64,000 nt of DNA, from contig OX597824.1 in the NCBI GenBank assembly GCA_951406725.2, forward strand, positions 94,612,001 through 94,676,000, given 5' to 3'. This document shows, in pieces, positions 13,561 to 25,937 of this stretch. Each line of letters begins with the position of its first letter. The stretch's first letter is position 1. The position numbers and the translations under genes are program-made. This stretch comes from Octopus vulgaris. Taxonomy: Eukaryota. Below the pieces are notes generated by a model that was given only the letters and a program-made list of their open reading frames with translations, ran no database searches and was not told the origin of the DNA.

Positions 13561-13603
<43 letters not shown>
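13075..13603. repeat. (CAT)n/(CAC)n compound trinucleotide repeat with higher-order duplication
   Basis: Direct inspection. Block CATCATCATTACCACC recurs. Confidence 0.9.
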
Positions 13604-14214
13604 CAGGTATATGCTACCATTATTTTCAGGAAACTTCCTCCCATCAGCACCGTGCAGAAACCATGCATAAACTCCCCCACCCCCGCCGTTACATAGCATA
13701 ACATCACCCCTACACAACATACCCCCGCTACCACCACCACTGCACACACAACATACTACCCCCTACCGTGAACTCTATCTTAACCAACATCACCTGCACC
13801 ACCACCGCTGCCACCCACCCACCCCCCAGCTTCTGCCTGTCGCTTCACACACCTTTAAACCGCCGCCGCCACCATCACCATCACCATCGCTTCCATTAAC
13901 ACCACACCTTCACCGCCATTAGTACTATTACTATTACTGCTACCATCTCCACCATCACCACCACCACCACCACCACCATTACCATCACCATTATCCTCAT
14001 CACCTCCACCACCATCATTATCATCATCATCATCACTACTACCACCGCCACCACCAACAACATTACCACCACCATCATCATCATCATCATTATCACCACC
14101 ACCACCACCACTACCATCACCACCGCCATCATCATCATACCACTACAACCTCTTTCATTCTTTACTCTTTACTATCTGCATCGCAACCACCACCACCAAC
14201 AACAACACCAACTC

Positions 14215-14600
14215 CTACCACCACCACCACCACCACCAACGCCGCCACCACTACCACCACCACCACCACCATTTCTCTGTCTCCACCGTCTTCCCCATCT
14301 CCACTGCTACATCACCATCTTCACCACCTCCACCACCATTTCACTATCTGCGCCTTCACCACCACTAAAAATTCACTATCTCCACCACCACCACCACCAC
14401 CGCCGCCAACGCCGCCACCACTACCACCACCACCACCACCACCACCACCACCATTTCTCTGTCTCCACCGTCTCCCCCATCTCCACTGCTACATCACCAT
14501 CTTCACCACCTCCACCACCATTTCACTGTCTGCGCCTTCACCACCACCACTAAAAAATTCACTATCTCCACCATCACCACCACCACCACCACCACCACCA
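14215..14600. repeat. Tandem duplication of a ~185-bp CAC-rich unit
   Basis: AACGCCGCCACCACTACC...ATTTCTCTGTCTCCACCGTC...AAAATTCACTATCTCCACC occurs twice. Confidence 0.85.
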
Positions 14601-14955
14601 CTACAACCATATCTACCTCCACCTCATGAAAATCTCCTCCTCCTCCTCCTCTGCCTCTTCCTACCTCCACCACCACCACCGCCGTCGCCGCCGCCACGTC
14701 CATCCCCCCCAATTGATATTAGCCGAGACTTACATTACATATTTGTCGAGTGAAGCGATATTCCTCAGTGAAGCTTTTTATACGAGAAATACTTTTTTAC
14801 ACACAAAACAGAAAAAACTCACTCACTACGAACAGAAATGGTGAGTAAAATGTTTTAGCTTTCTTTATTTCTCTTCGCAGAATAACTTCCATCATCGTAA
14901 TATTCCGTGCTGTTCCCTCATCATTCGCCCTTGTGGCAAATAAACGAAACCATCA

Positions 14956-15011
<56 letters not shown>

Positions 15012-15111
15012 TTATTGTTGTTATTTTTGTTGCCCATTGCCGCTGTTTCTGCTGTATCCTGGTCAGTCGTGGTCGCCAGAGACAAAATGGTCACCCGTCT
15101 TTTCTTTAGAC

Positions 15112-15443
15112 CAGGGGTTCTCAACCATTTTATGGGGGTTTTTTTCCTTTGTCATCTATGGACCCCTTTATTCTGGTGGACCCTTCCCGTAGCCATTCGT
15201 TTTATAGATACTTCTTTTTAAAAGTCCTATTTTGTTTCTCACTCATGAACTTGTTTAGGTTGAACTGCTGGATAAAGAACCCTAACTGCCCCTTGCAATG
15301 CATACCAATACATACATCTAAGGCAAAAAATTTTCAGGTTCCCTTAAAATGTGGATCCCCAATTTACAATTTTGCTCACGTTGACCTCCAAAAAAAGTCT
15401 TATATAGACGGTCAAGGACCGTATGGAACCCGGTCGATAACCA
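15112..15443. mobile_element. hAT (Charlie-like) MITE, degenerate
   Basis: Left end CAGGGGTTCTCAACC. Decayed right end GGTCGATAACC. TTTAGAC on both flanks as a possible TSD remnant. A matching end lies at about 35265-35299. Confidence 0.5.
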
Positions 15444-15669
15444 TTTAGACATTATTAGGTATATCTAACTGACCCAATGCAAAACTCCAAGTGCCGGCTA
15501 ACGCCGACTCAGCTGTGAGTAAATAATAAAAGATTATCTTATTTCTAGACAACGGTTCCCTATATTTTTAACAACACAAACCAGTGACATGCCAGAAAAT
15601 TCTCCCACACACCGGGAGATCATTCACATAACAAGACAAAATAAAGTGCACAATATATACCTTTTGCTG

Positions 15670-15866
15670 TTTACTTGTTTCTGTCATTAGATTGCGGCCA
15701 TGCTGGAGCACCGCCTTGAAGAATTTTTAGTCGAGTTAATTAATTAACCCCAGCGCTATTTTTAGGACTGATACTTGTTCTAGGAGTATTTCTTGCCGAA
15801 CCGCTAAGTTACACACCAAATCCAGTCGTCAAGTGGATGTAGGAGACAAACACACACACACACGTG

Positions 15867-15923
<57 letters not shown>

Positions 15924-16070
15924 GACAGGCTTCTTTCAGTTTCTGTCTACCAAATCCATTCGGTCCGAGACTATAAAAGATGATACTTGTCCAATGTGCC
16001 ACGCAGTCGGACTGAACCCGGAACCACGTGGTTGGGAAGCAATTTTCTTCCTACACAGCCACATCTGCAA
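15670..16070 (-). mobile_element. SINE family A, diverged
   Basis: Tail, internal (CA)/(TA) tract and head all recognisable. Confidence 0.8.
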
Positions 16071-16642
16071 CTAATAATTTAACTACTACACATAAAATGC
16101 ATATTTATTGCATATATATTTATACGATACAAAAACATCCTGCAGATTATAGTAGTCAATAAACTAGAAATAGAATTTAAAATTTATTCTATCCATGCGG
16201 CCCGATATTGATCTGCGGCCTGGTGTAGGGGACACCTGGTGTAAGGGACGTTTTTATTAAGAGACAATGTTATATATATTAGAATACTTCTCTAAGTGCT
16301 CTCTGGGCAGGTTTTGTCGCTGCAATTTTGAATTTTATTCATCACTTCTCTTCTTAATTTGTTATTTGTCATTAATTCTATCCAAACTAATTCTGTTTCA
16401 ATGAAACATTTTTTTAAAATATCGTTTTTTGTTCTTATATGTACATCCATAGTTACATACATACGCATATATATACATAAATACATCTACATACACGTGC
16501 GCATATTTATATACACACACACACACACGTGTGTATGGTGAGGCTGTGTTTTGGTGTACGTGTATGTGTGTATTAATAATCAGCAGAAATATCAGTGTAA
16601 CTCAAGAGCCGAGAGTTTCGTGTGCTAGCACTTACAACCATA

Positions 16643-16692
<50 letters not shown>

Positions 16693-16925
16693 GGCGGCGA
16701 GCTGGCAGAAACGTTAACAAAACCGGGCGAAATACTTGGCGGTATTTCGTCTGCCGTTATATTCTGAGTTCAAATTCCGCCGAGGTCGACTTTGCTTTTC
16801 ATCCTTTCGGGGTCGATAAATTAAGTATCAGTTACGCACTGGAGTCGATGTAATCGACTTAATCCCTTCGTTTGTCCTTGTTTGTCCCCTCTATGTTTAG
16901 CCCCTTGTGGGCTATAAAAGAAAAA
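16693..16925 (+). mobile_element. SINE family B (Nin/Deu-domain-like), tail type A
   Basis: GGCGGCGAGCTGGCAGAAAC head, GAGTTCAAATTC B box, CTTTTCATCCTTTCGGGGTCGATAAATTAAGTA domain, tail CCCCTTGTGGG. Confidence 0.85.
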
Positions 16926-16947
16926 TGAAATATGTATATGTGTGAAT

Positions 16948-17357
16948 GTAAGATCTTGAAAAGTCTACCACCCAGCTTTGCGACTGAAGGCTACACCAAT
17001 CACCGTACTGGTTACCACTGTATAGTAACAAAGATCCCGCTCTTTCCGGCCAGCGTAAGGCAACAGTATTTTAAACTGAATAGGGTTGAAAGGCCCACGA
17101 CTTTTACATTGGCAAAAAGGTTCAGAGATGTACGAGGTGTAGAGGTACTCTTTTACTCTTTTTTACTCTTTTATTTGTTTCAATCATTTGACTGTGGCCA
17201 TGCTGGAGCACCGCCTTTAGTCGAGCAAATCGACCCCGGGAATTATTCTTTGTAAGCCTAGTACTTATTCTATCGGTCTATTTTGCCGAACCGCTAAGTG
17301 ACGGGGACGTAAACACACCAGCATCGGTTGTCAAGCAATGCTAGGGGGACAAACACA

Positions 17358-17411
<54 letters not shown>

Positions 17412-17650
17412 CATATATACGACAGGCTTCTTTCAGTTTCCGTCTAACAAATCCACTCACAAGGCAGTGGGACTGAACCCGGAACCATGTGGTTGGTTAG
17501 CAAGCTACTTACCACACAGCCACTCTTGCGCCTATGGATATGTTCAAAGAACAATCAGGTTAAATTTTTATCTGAAATACCAGATGAACCCGCATCATGG
17601 CAAGAAACGTACAGGAGGACACCTCGGTCCCACTCACTATTTCACCGGGA
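16948..17650 (+). pseudogene. Old CR1-group LINE C-terminal remnant split by a SINE A insertion (17147-17533)
   Basis: KILKSLPPSFATEGYTNHRTGYHCIV...RDVRGVEV before the SINE and FLSEIPDEP...SHSLFH after it. Aligns with KILEGLVPNFGIESYTNTRTGRHCIV...FLSGVPDEP...SNSLMH of the 11896 ORF. Confidence 0.75.
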
Positions 17651-17980
17651 CCCCAATGTTGGTGTATCTATGTTCCAGTAACATAGCAGTTCGGCAAAAG
17701 AGAACGATAGAATAAGTACCACGCTTACGAAGAATAAATCCTGAGGCGATTTCTTCGACTAAAAGGCGGTGCACCTGCATGGCCGCAGTCAAGAGGACTG
17801 AAACAAGTAAAAGAATAAAAGAAGATTGTTTTGGTCAAGCCACTCTCTTTGTCCCTGTGCACTTACAAATGAAACTCAGAGTACCACGTGACTGATTTGA
17901 CCAAAACAATATATCGTTACTCTTTACCAGAGTATTCAGTACTCTTTTTTTTTCGACAATTAATCCAAAACGGATATATA

Positions 17981-18377
17981 TACTCTTTACTCTTTTACTT
18001 GTTTCAGTCATTTGACTGTGGCCATGCTGGAGCACCGCCTTTAGTCGAGCAAATCGACCCCAGGACTTATTCTTTGTAAGCCTAGTACTTATTCTATTGT
18101 TCTCTTTAGCCGAACCGCTAAGTTTCGGGACGTAAACACACCAGCATCGGTTGTCAAGCGATGTTGGGGGGGGGGGGGCAAATACAGACACAAATATATA
18201 CACACATACATATATACGACGGGCTTCTTTCAGTTTCCGTCTACCAAATCCACTCACAAGGCTTTGGTCGACCTAAGGCTATAATAGAAGACACTTGCCT
18301 TAGGTGCCACGCAGTGGGATTGAACCCGGAACCATGTGGTTGGAAAGCAAGCTACTTACCACACACCCACTCCTACA

Positions 18378-18435
<58 letters not shown>

Positions 18436-18656
18436 TACACACACATACACATACACATGTTTATTCTTGTATTTGTTTCAGTCATATTGACTATGGCCAT
18501 GCTGGAGCACCACCTTTTAGTCGAACAAATCGACCCCAGGACTTATTCTTTGTAAGCCTTGTACTTATTCTATCGTTCTCTTTTGCCGAACAGCTAAGTT
18601 ACGGAGACGTAAATACACAAACATCAGTTGTCAAGCGATGCTGGGGAGGACAAACA

Positions 18657-18732
<76 letters not shown>

Positions 18733-18889
18733 CGGCTGCCTTCCTTCAGTTTCCATCTACCAAATCCATTCACAAGGCTTTGGTCGGCCCGAGGCTATAG
18801 TAGAAGACACTTGCCCAAGGTGCTATGCAGCGGGACTGAACCCAGAACCATGTGGTTGGTAAGCAAGCTACTTACCAACTCCTGCGCCT
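17981..18889 (-). mobile_element. Two tandem SINE A copies (17981-18380 and 18460-18889)
   Basis: Each copy has tail, internal microsatellite and tRNA-like head. Confidence 0.9.
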
Positions 18890-19010
18890 ATAATATATAT
18901 ATTAATTTTAAAGTTCTTTTTTCAAAATTTTAGTTAATTTTACCGATACTGTCATTTTTTATACCCTAGCCACTGATATAATCATTTCAATGATTATATC
19001 CTTAATTTAT

Positions 19011-19048
<38 letters not shown>

Positions 19049-19215
19049 CATATGGTGTATATAGAAGGGGTTACAATCCAAGCTATATCTTCGTGAAGCA
19101 TATCTGCTCCTTCCAACAAGCAAATATATGCGTATAGGGGGTCCCATACATGTTTTCTACATGTATAAGTCTTGTAATGCTTATCCTTTAATGAAACACG
19201 TGATTCAGGTACTTA

Positions 19216-19384
19216 CAGAGCCGTCTTAATAGCATTTTAGGGCCCCAGGAAAACCAGTACATGGCGCCCTATTGTATTTATATATCTACAGCAGGCCACA
19301 ACATACATAGATAAGAATTGGTATCTTAGGCATGCGGGCCTTTGCGCAACTGTCCTCATGTCCCCATGCCTTAAGACGGCCATG
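19216..19384. mobile_element. hAT-like MITE
   Basis: TIRs CAGAGCCGTCTTAA / TTAAGACGGCCATG (12 of 14 match). Internal GGGCCCC and GGCGCCC motifs. Confidence 0.55.
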
Positions 19385-19421
<37 letters not shown>

Positions 19422-19422
<1 letters not shown>

Positions 19423-19570
19423 TCGCCGAGGTCGACTTTGCCTTTCATCTTTTCGGGGTCGATAAATAAAGTACCAGTTTCGCACTGGGTTCGATGTAAT
19501 CGACTTAATCCCTTTGTCTGTCCTTGTTTGTCCCCTCTGTGTTTAGCCCCTTGTGGGCAGTAAAGAAATA
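19422..19570 (+). mobile_element. SINE family B, 5'-truncated, tail A
   Basis: CCGAGGTCGACTTTGCCTTTCATC...CCCCTTGTGGGCAGTAAAGAAATA. Confidence 0.85.
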
Positions 19571-19576
19571 TATATA

Positions 19577-19644
<68 letters not shown>

Positions 19645-19822
19645 CGAAAAACACCTTAGGAATGAGAACCCAGGTTCGAAATTCCCTCAGGACACCTGAT
19701 GAAGGCTGGAGAGTACATCAGCTGAAACGTGTTAACAACAAACAAGATGAGGGCAAATATTCATCAAATGTAAATAACGTAAATAATGTACATAATTCCT
19801 CATCTCTTAAATATAGAACTGT
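19645..19822 (+). mobile_element. Microsatellite-flanked short element with hammerhead motif (family R2)
   Basis: GACAC-CTGATGA-A-GGCTG..CAGCT-GAAACGT-GTT at 19691-19733. Lies between (TAA)n and TA-rich DNA. Confidence 0.65.
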
Positions 19823-19867
19823 ATATTATATTATATATAAATATATATAATATAATATGTATGTATT

Positions 19868-20249
19868 ACTCTTTTACTTGTTTCAGTCATTTGACTGCGG
19901 CCATGCTGGAGCACCGCCTTTAGTCGAGCAAATCGACTCCGGGACTTATTCTTTGTAAGCCCAGTACTTATTCTATCGGTCTCTTTTGCCGAACCGCTAA
20001 GTGACGGAGACGTAAACACACCAGCATCTGTTATCAAGCAATGCTAGGGGGACAAACATACACACACACACATACACATATATACGACAGGCTTCTTTCA
20101 GTTTCCGTCTACCAAATCCACTCACAAGGCATTGGTCGGCCCGGGGCTATAGCAGAAGACACTTGCCCAAGATGCCATGCAGTGGGACTGAACCCGGAAC
20201 CATGTGGTTGGTTAGCAAGCTACTTACCACACAGCCACTCCTGCACCTA
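19868..20249 (-). mobile_element. SINE family A, young subfamily
   Basis: Full length. Diagnostic GCAATGCTAGGGGG, CGACAGGC and GGCATTGG shared with 43679, 44576 and 62295. Confidence 0.9.
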
Positions 20250-20259
20250 TTATATAATA

Positions 20260-20370
<111 letters not shown>

Positions 20371-21409
20371 TTATTTATTGATTGGCTTTGCTTCTCAGCC
20401 GACAACATTGATTAATCAGGGCGCCGATTGTTTATTGTGATATGAAAATGAGTACTGTAATTAATTGAACACAATTAATATAAAGTTTCTTAATTAATCG
20501 CAACTTGAGAGTGTATGGTGAGAGAAATAGGCCTGGTTTTCAACGCGGTTACTATTTTTTTTATTGCTGGTGAATTGTATGAAAGAACGGTGCAAACCTC
20601 TATATAAAACATGCCCTACATTCTGTACCTACCCGAGGGGATTCCTTTTCTTTAATCATTGGATGACTGTACCAGCAACACCCGAAGATTGAGTAGTTAC
20701 ATTGGCACAAAGCCAGATGTGAAACACACAAAATCTCAATTAACCAAACGTGCATAGAAGACGGTGTTTACAATGGTTATAAACATATTAGTTATTAGGC
20801 GTCTTACTTGTTTCAGTCATTGGACTGCGACCATGTTGGGGCACCACCTTAAAGGGTCTAGTCCAACAAATCGACATCAATACTTTCTAAGTGTGGTATT
20901 TATTCTATCGTCTTAGCGGTTCGGCAAAAGAGACCGATAGAGTAAGTACCAGATTGATTCCAAAAATATGTATTAGGCTCAATGTGTTAGATAAAACACA
21001 ATGCTAGTCATAATTATCTTTTATCTCATTGGACTTTGGCCATGCTGGAACACCGCCTTGTAGGGGCCAGTAGCAAAAAATTGACCCCAGTAGTTATTTT
21101 TTTTAATAATCTGGTACTTATTTTATCGGTTTCTTTTTTAAATAACTGCTAAGTGACAGGAACGTAGACAAATCAGCATCGACCGTGAAGCGGTGGTGGG
21201 GACAAACACAAAGACAAGCACACACTAGATATACACATACATACATGCATAAATATAGGCATATATACATACATACATACAGGTGTCGAAACCATAGTGA
21301 TATCCGTGGGGCAGCTGATGATGGAGTTATGCCGCTTAGCATTGTGCCGGCGCGCTAACGACTCTGCCAGCTCGCCACCTTAATAACAACAATAATAATA
21401 ATAATAATA

Positions 21410-21621
21410 ATTTCTACTACAGGCACAAGGCCTGAAATTTTGGGGGAGGGGACTAGTCGATTACATCGACCCCTGTGTTTCACTGGTAGTAATTTATCGA
21501 CTTCGAAAGGATGAAAGGCGAAGTCGACTTCGGCAGAATTTTAAACTCAGAACATGGCGACGGACGAAATTCCGCTGAACATTTTGCCCGACGTGCTAAC
21601 GATTCTGCCTGCATACCGCCT
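21410..21621 (-). mobile_element. SINE family B, tail type B
   Basis: Reverse complement of the Nin-like domain with tail CCTTGTGCCTGTAGTAGAAA. Confidence 0.75.
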
Positions 21622-22988
21622 TATGTTTCACATATATATTGAAAGATATTTTGAAGTGATTTTATGGAGGAAAATATATAATGCCGTGCATGTTAATACA
21701 ATGCTGCACCAATATATTGGAATAAAATACGAAAACATACATTTAGCTTACATAAACTGCTATTCGAGTACCATATCTTCTTTCAAATCAACTGTATATT
21801 TGTCTATATTTAGGTCAGAGAATTGCCTTTACAGAATGTAAAACTTTTATTTCTGGCGGTGATATTTTGTGTTACCGCGATGGACCACCAAGGTGGCGCA
21901 CCACCGCTATGATTTTGTTGTCATCCACTCATTGCTAATACCCGATACGCGGATAAAATTTTAGCATTCCTTTCATCATTCTAGGAGAATTTCATTTAGA
22001 TAATTAAAAAAGATATTTCTTAAAGGTAACGCTGTCATTAAATAATGTAAGGCACATATTCAGGTGTGAGTTATGTAAGTTGAGGAATGAGGTATAATGA
22101 AATGATGTGACTTGCCCACATAACTGCTGACGTACCAGAAGTAATTCTTCGTGGGTGTGTGCTAACAACCCGTGATATTTCGGTTTGTTTTCAATATTTT
22201 ATTATTAGCAACAATCATTGTACCTAGAAGATTTATGCTCGTCCGGTTCCCCAACCTACAACACTCGCTCTCCCATCAAAAATGCGGCTGCACTGAATGC
22301 TGGTCAATCTTTTGTTTCATTTCGAAATTATGAAGAAAAAAAACCCGCGTCTCATACACTGACGAATACAGTAAATCTCTCTATTACAAGATGATGGCCT
22401 CAAAACAATGAAAGAAATTAAGAAGCTAAGGTTATTGTGAAGAGTAAATATTTCCTTTGTTCGCGTAATTTTTCGCTTGGTGTATTTATATATATCCTAT
22501 CTAATCCATTAAGGTATGTGTTTACGTTCAGTTTATAGAATGATATCCTTAGAATTTTGTATTTTTATAGTAAATAGTTTTCTTTTTAGCGCTCTCGTCG
22601 GTACGACAGGAAGTTAGACGCTAAGTAGTAGCTTCTGGAAACAAAACATACCCGGCCAAGATTTGGAGGTGTTTCTTGATTTTTCATTTTGTGGCTTTCC
22701 TCTTTTTAGGTCGTGATGGGCTCGGATGTGTGGTGACGAAGCTTGCTTTGCAATCACGTGGTTTCAAGTTCAGTCGCACTGCACGGCCTCTTGAGCTAGT
22801 GTCTTCTATTTATAGCCCCAGGCCGACCAATGCCTTGTGAATGAATTTGGTAGGCAGAAAATGTGTGGAAGGCCATCGTATATACGTATATGTGTGTATG
22901 TGTATGTGTTAGCGCAGGCGCAATAATTTTATTAAAAATACAAATTATACCCACAACAAACACAGGTAGACACATGTATATATGTGTG

Positions 22989-23047
<59 letters not shown>

Positions 23048-23142
23048 CACGCACCTACACACACATACATACATCCATCTATACATACATACATACATAC
23101 ATACATACATACATACATACATACATACATACATACATACAT

Positions 23143-23292
23143 ACCGGAGTAAGCACATAAATGTGAAACAAGATGGAAATAAGAGTACTCAAATACCAGA
23201 GGTAGAGTAATATGTTTTATTTAAAAGCAGCAGAAATATAACAAAAGCTGTTACTCAGAGTTTCACGTTCCCGTTCGTCGGACAGTTTTGTC
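23143..23292 (-). mobile_element. Hammerhead-bearing pseudo-LTR-like element (family R3)
   Basis: Minus strand ACAAAA-CTGT-CCGACGA-ACG(GGAA)CGT-GAA-ACTC(T)GAGT-A-ACAG-C-TTTTGT, followed by AATAAA. Second copy at 37401-37536. Confidence 0.7.
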
Positions 23293-23764
23293 AAAATGGA
23301 ACAGAAATAACGAAATGATCAAAACTAGTTAAAGGATACACCTTTAAAAATGGGTTTGTTTCACTGGTCCTTTCAATTGACGGTCTTAAGCATGCAATGA
23401 ACAAAATAAGTGAATTCAATATAAATTCATCCTATTGCAAAAAAGAAGAAAGCCTTAAATCAAAGAGTAGATTCAAAATACATATTGTAAATAATTATAT
23501 ACGAAAAATAAGTCAATTAATACATTAAAATTAAAGTTAAAATTTTTACACTGCATTACATACATATTTTACAACAGTATATACGCATAATAGACCATCT
23601 ATAATATACATATATACATCAAAATACACAGATACATGCACATAGTTACATACATATACAGGCATTCTGAGTTCAAGTTCCGCCGAGGTCGACTTTGCCT
23701 TTCATCCTTTCAGAGTCGATAAATAAAGTACCAGTTTCGCACTGGGGTCGATGTAATCGGCTTA

Positions 23765-24042
23765 AATGCTACATTACATTTATACAGTCTTTGGTAACAA
23801 GGACATGTTAAGGACATAAAAAAGTTTAACAAGTTCCTTAAAGGAACACGACTGTATATATGTAATGTAGCATTTTGTAACAACCAATAATTAACGCAAC
23901 CAAACTTCTACATGTTACTTTTGACAATCTTTTTCCAAAGAGTGAAACCGGTAAAGTAAATAAACATCTTTTAAAATTGCATTTTCAAACCTTCTTTCGT
24001 ATATAATTCCACTCGTGCGGTACCTTACAATTCCACTTTGTT
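23765..24042. mobile_element. Second foldback element (central palindrome plus right arm)
   Basis: AAATGCTACATTACAT../..ATGTAATGTAGCATTT palindrome. Right arm homologous to 7768-7945. Left part interrupted by a SINE B fragment at 23665-23762. Confidence 0.65.
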
Positions 24043-24050
24043 ATATATAT

Positions 24051-24392
24051 AAAGGGTAAAGACCCCCTTTGGTCATGAATGACCATGGGATTGCACCTAG
24101 AAAGTTACCCTCCTAGACACAAGTCCGGGCAAGGTTGTTTATGGAAGACCAGCAGTCGCCCATGCATACCGGCCTCCCCTCTCCACGCCACCAGTGTTAT
24201 CCAAGGGAAAGACAAAGGTCGATACAGCTTGGAACCAGTGACGTCGCAACTCATTTCTACAGCTGAGTGAACTGGAGCAACGTGAAATAAAGTGTTTTGC
24301 TCAAGAACACAACACGCAGCCCGGTCCGGGATTCGAGCTCACAACCTCACGATCGTAAGCTCGACGCTCTAACCACTGAGCCATGCGCCTTC
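24051..24392 (-). mobile_element. SINE family C (tRNA-Arg-like head, CORE-like domain), tail type 1
   Basis: GGCGCATGGCTCAGTGGTTAGAGCG..TTACGATC..GAGCTCGAATCCC then GTGTTCTTGAGCAAAACACTTTATTTCACGTTGCTCCAG. Resembles octopus OR-type SINEs. Confidence 0.85.
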
Positions 24393-24471
24393 ACATATAT
24401 AGGTATATATAGGTTTATATATACAAATGTATGCATACATACATACATACATACATACATACATACATGCA

Positions 24472-24504
<33 letters not shown>

Positions 24505-25541
24505 GCTAGCTTAGATAGATAGATAGATAGATAGATAGATCATATACATAATTGGATGGCTAAGTGGTAGCTAGGTAAGTCGGTCGGGAGATAAGTGGGT
24601 AGGTTAGCAGACGATAACATATGGTAAGACCTAGAATGGTAGCTGCTAAGCTTGCCCCAGAATGTTACCAATCGTGTTTAGTTATAACCATTATACACAA
24701 ACATATTGCATGGTTTGTGAATGCCGCGATGAAGGAAAAATTCTGAAATTTCACAAAAGACCCTTCATCATGAGGAATAACAAACCAAAGTAGCAGCGGC
24801 GGCGTCGTCGTGGTTGTGATGCTAGTGGTGGCGGCTGTGGTGGTGGTGGTCGTCGTCGTCGTTGTCGTCATCGTCGCCGTCGTCGTCATCCTGCAGTGAT
24901 GTTCGTGGGTCTGTCTCTTACACGCGGGCTCAGTCCCGAATCGTTAACATCTTCTTACGACATACTAATTTAACAAAGGTCACAAACATCTCTCAAAACA
25001 TTTATTTTGGCTGTACACACTCATTTATTACACAGCTCTATTAAGCTCGTAGTCTTGTGGTTAAGACGTCGAGATTCCGATTTGAAGTCACCAGTTCGAT
25101 TCCTGGACTTAAGCCGTGTGTCGTGTCCTTGAGTAAGAGATTTTAATTTTCCGTAGCTCGAATTCACTCAGCCGAAAAAAAGGATACCGCTCCTCCCGAT
25201 ACAGTATGAAGGCTGAGTGGGCCCAGAGGATGTCTGTGTTTGCTTGTACCATAGGCACATTATTACAAGTAAAACCAAGCTACACTTGCTAGCGAATGAC
25301 GGATGCTGTATTATATTTACGAAGAAAATTATAATGGACTCCGCATAATTCTAATAATCGGTTGTCAAACGACGATAGTAGGGGGGGACCAAATCCACTC
25401 GCAAAGCTTTGGTCGGCCCGAAGTTATAGTAGAAGACACTTACCCGAGGTGCCACGCAGTGGGACTGAACTCGGAACCATGTGGTTGGGAAGGAAGCTTC
25501 TTACCACACACATATAAATATACATGCAGACGCACGCACGC

Positions 25542-25574
<33 letters not shown>

Positions 25575-25730
25575 GATATATACACATACATATATACATG
25601 CATACATATAATTTAATATGTCTGTGTGATTATTGCAGATGAATATATAATGTGTATATACTATATGCTTGATAGATTTTTTCGTATTACTGAAGTCCAT
25701 TTCCACTCCTACACATATAATATATATATA

Positions 25731-25903
25731 GTTGGAATTTACAAAACAAAAGACGAAGATGGGCGTGTAAACAACAAACAGATGTATTAGTTTAACGCCC
25801 GGGAAGTGAGAAAGTCTTTTACGTTTCGAGCCTCCGCTCTTCTACAGAAAGGAACTCAGAAATAAGCAGAGAAAGTAAAAATAGGTTTAGTGGCTAGCGA
25901 TCA

Positions 25904-25908
<5 letters not shown>
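25731..25908 (-). mobile_element. Hammerhead-like element family R1
   Basis: Minus strand CTTT-CTGTAGA-A-GAGC(GGAG)GCTC-GAAACGT-A-AAAG at 25816-25851. (TA)n on both sides. Confidence 0.75.

Positions 25909-25937
<29 letters not shown>

Noticed and set aside
13056-14712. Poly-His/Met/Val/Pro ORFs
   Set aside because: (CAT)/(CAC) repeat translations with no splice or domain evidence.
14836-14882. GTGAGT...TTCGCAG mini-intron
   Set aside because: About 40 nt, too short, and no coherent reading frame on either side.
24315-24392. tRNA-Arg gene
   Set aside because: Lacks a proper acceptor stem and runs into a SINE body, so it is a SINE head.
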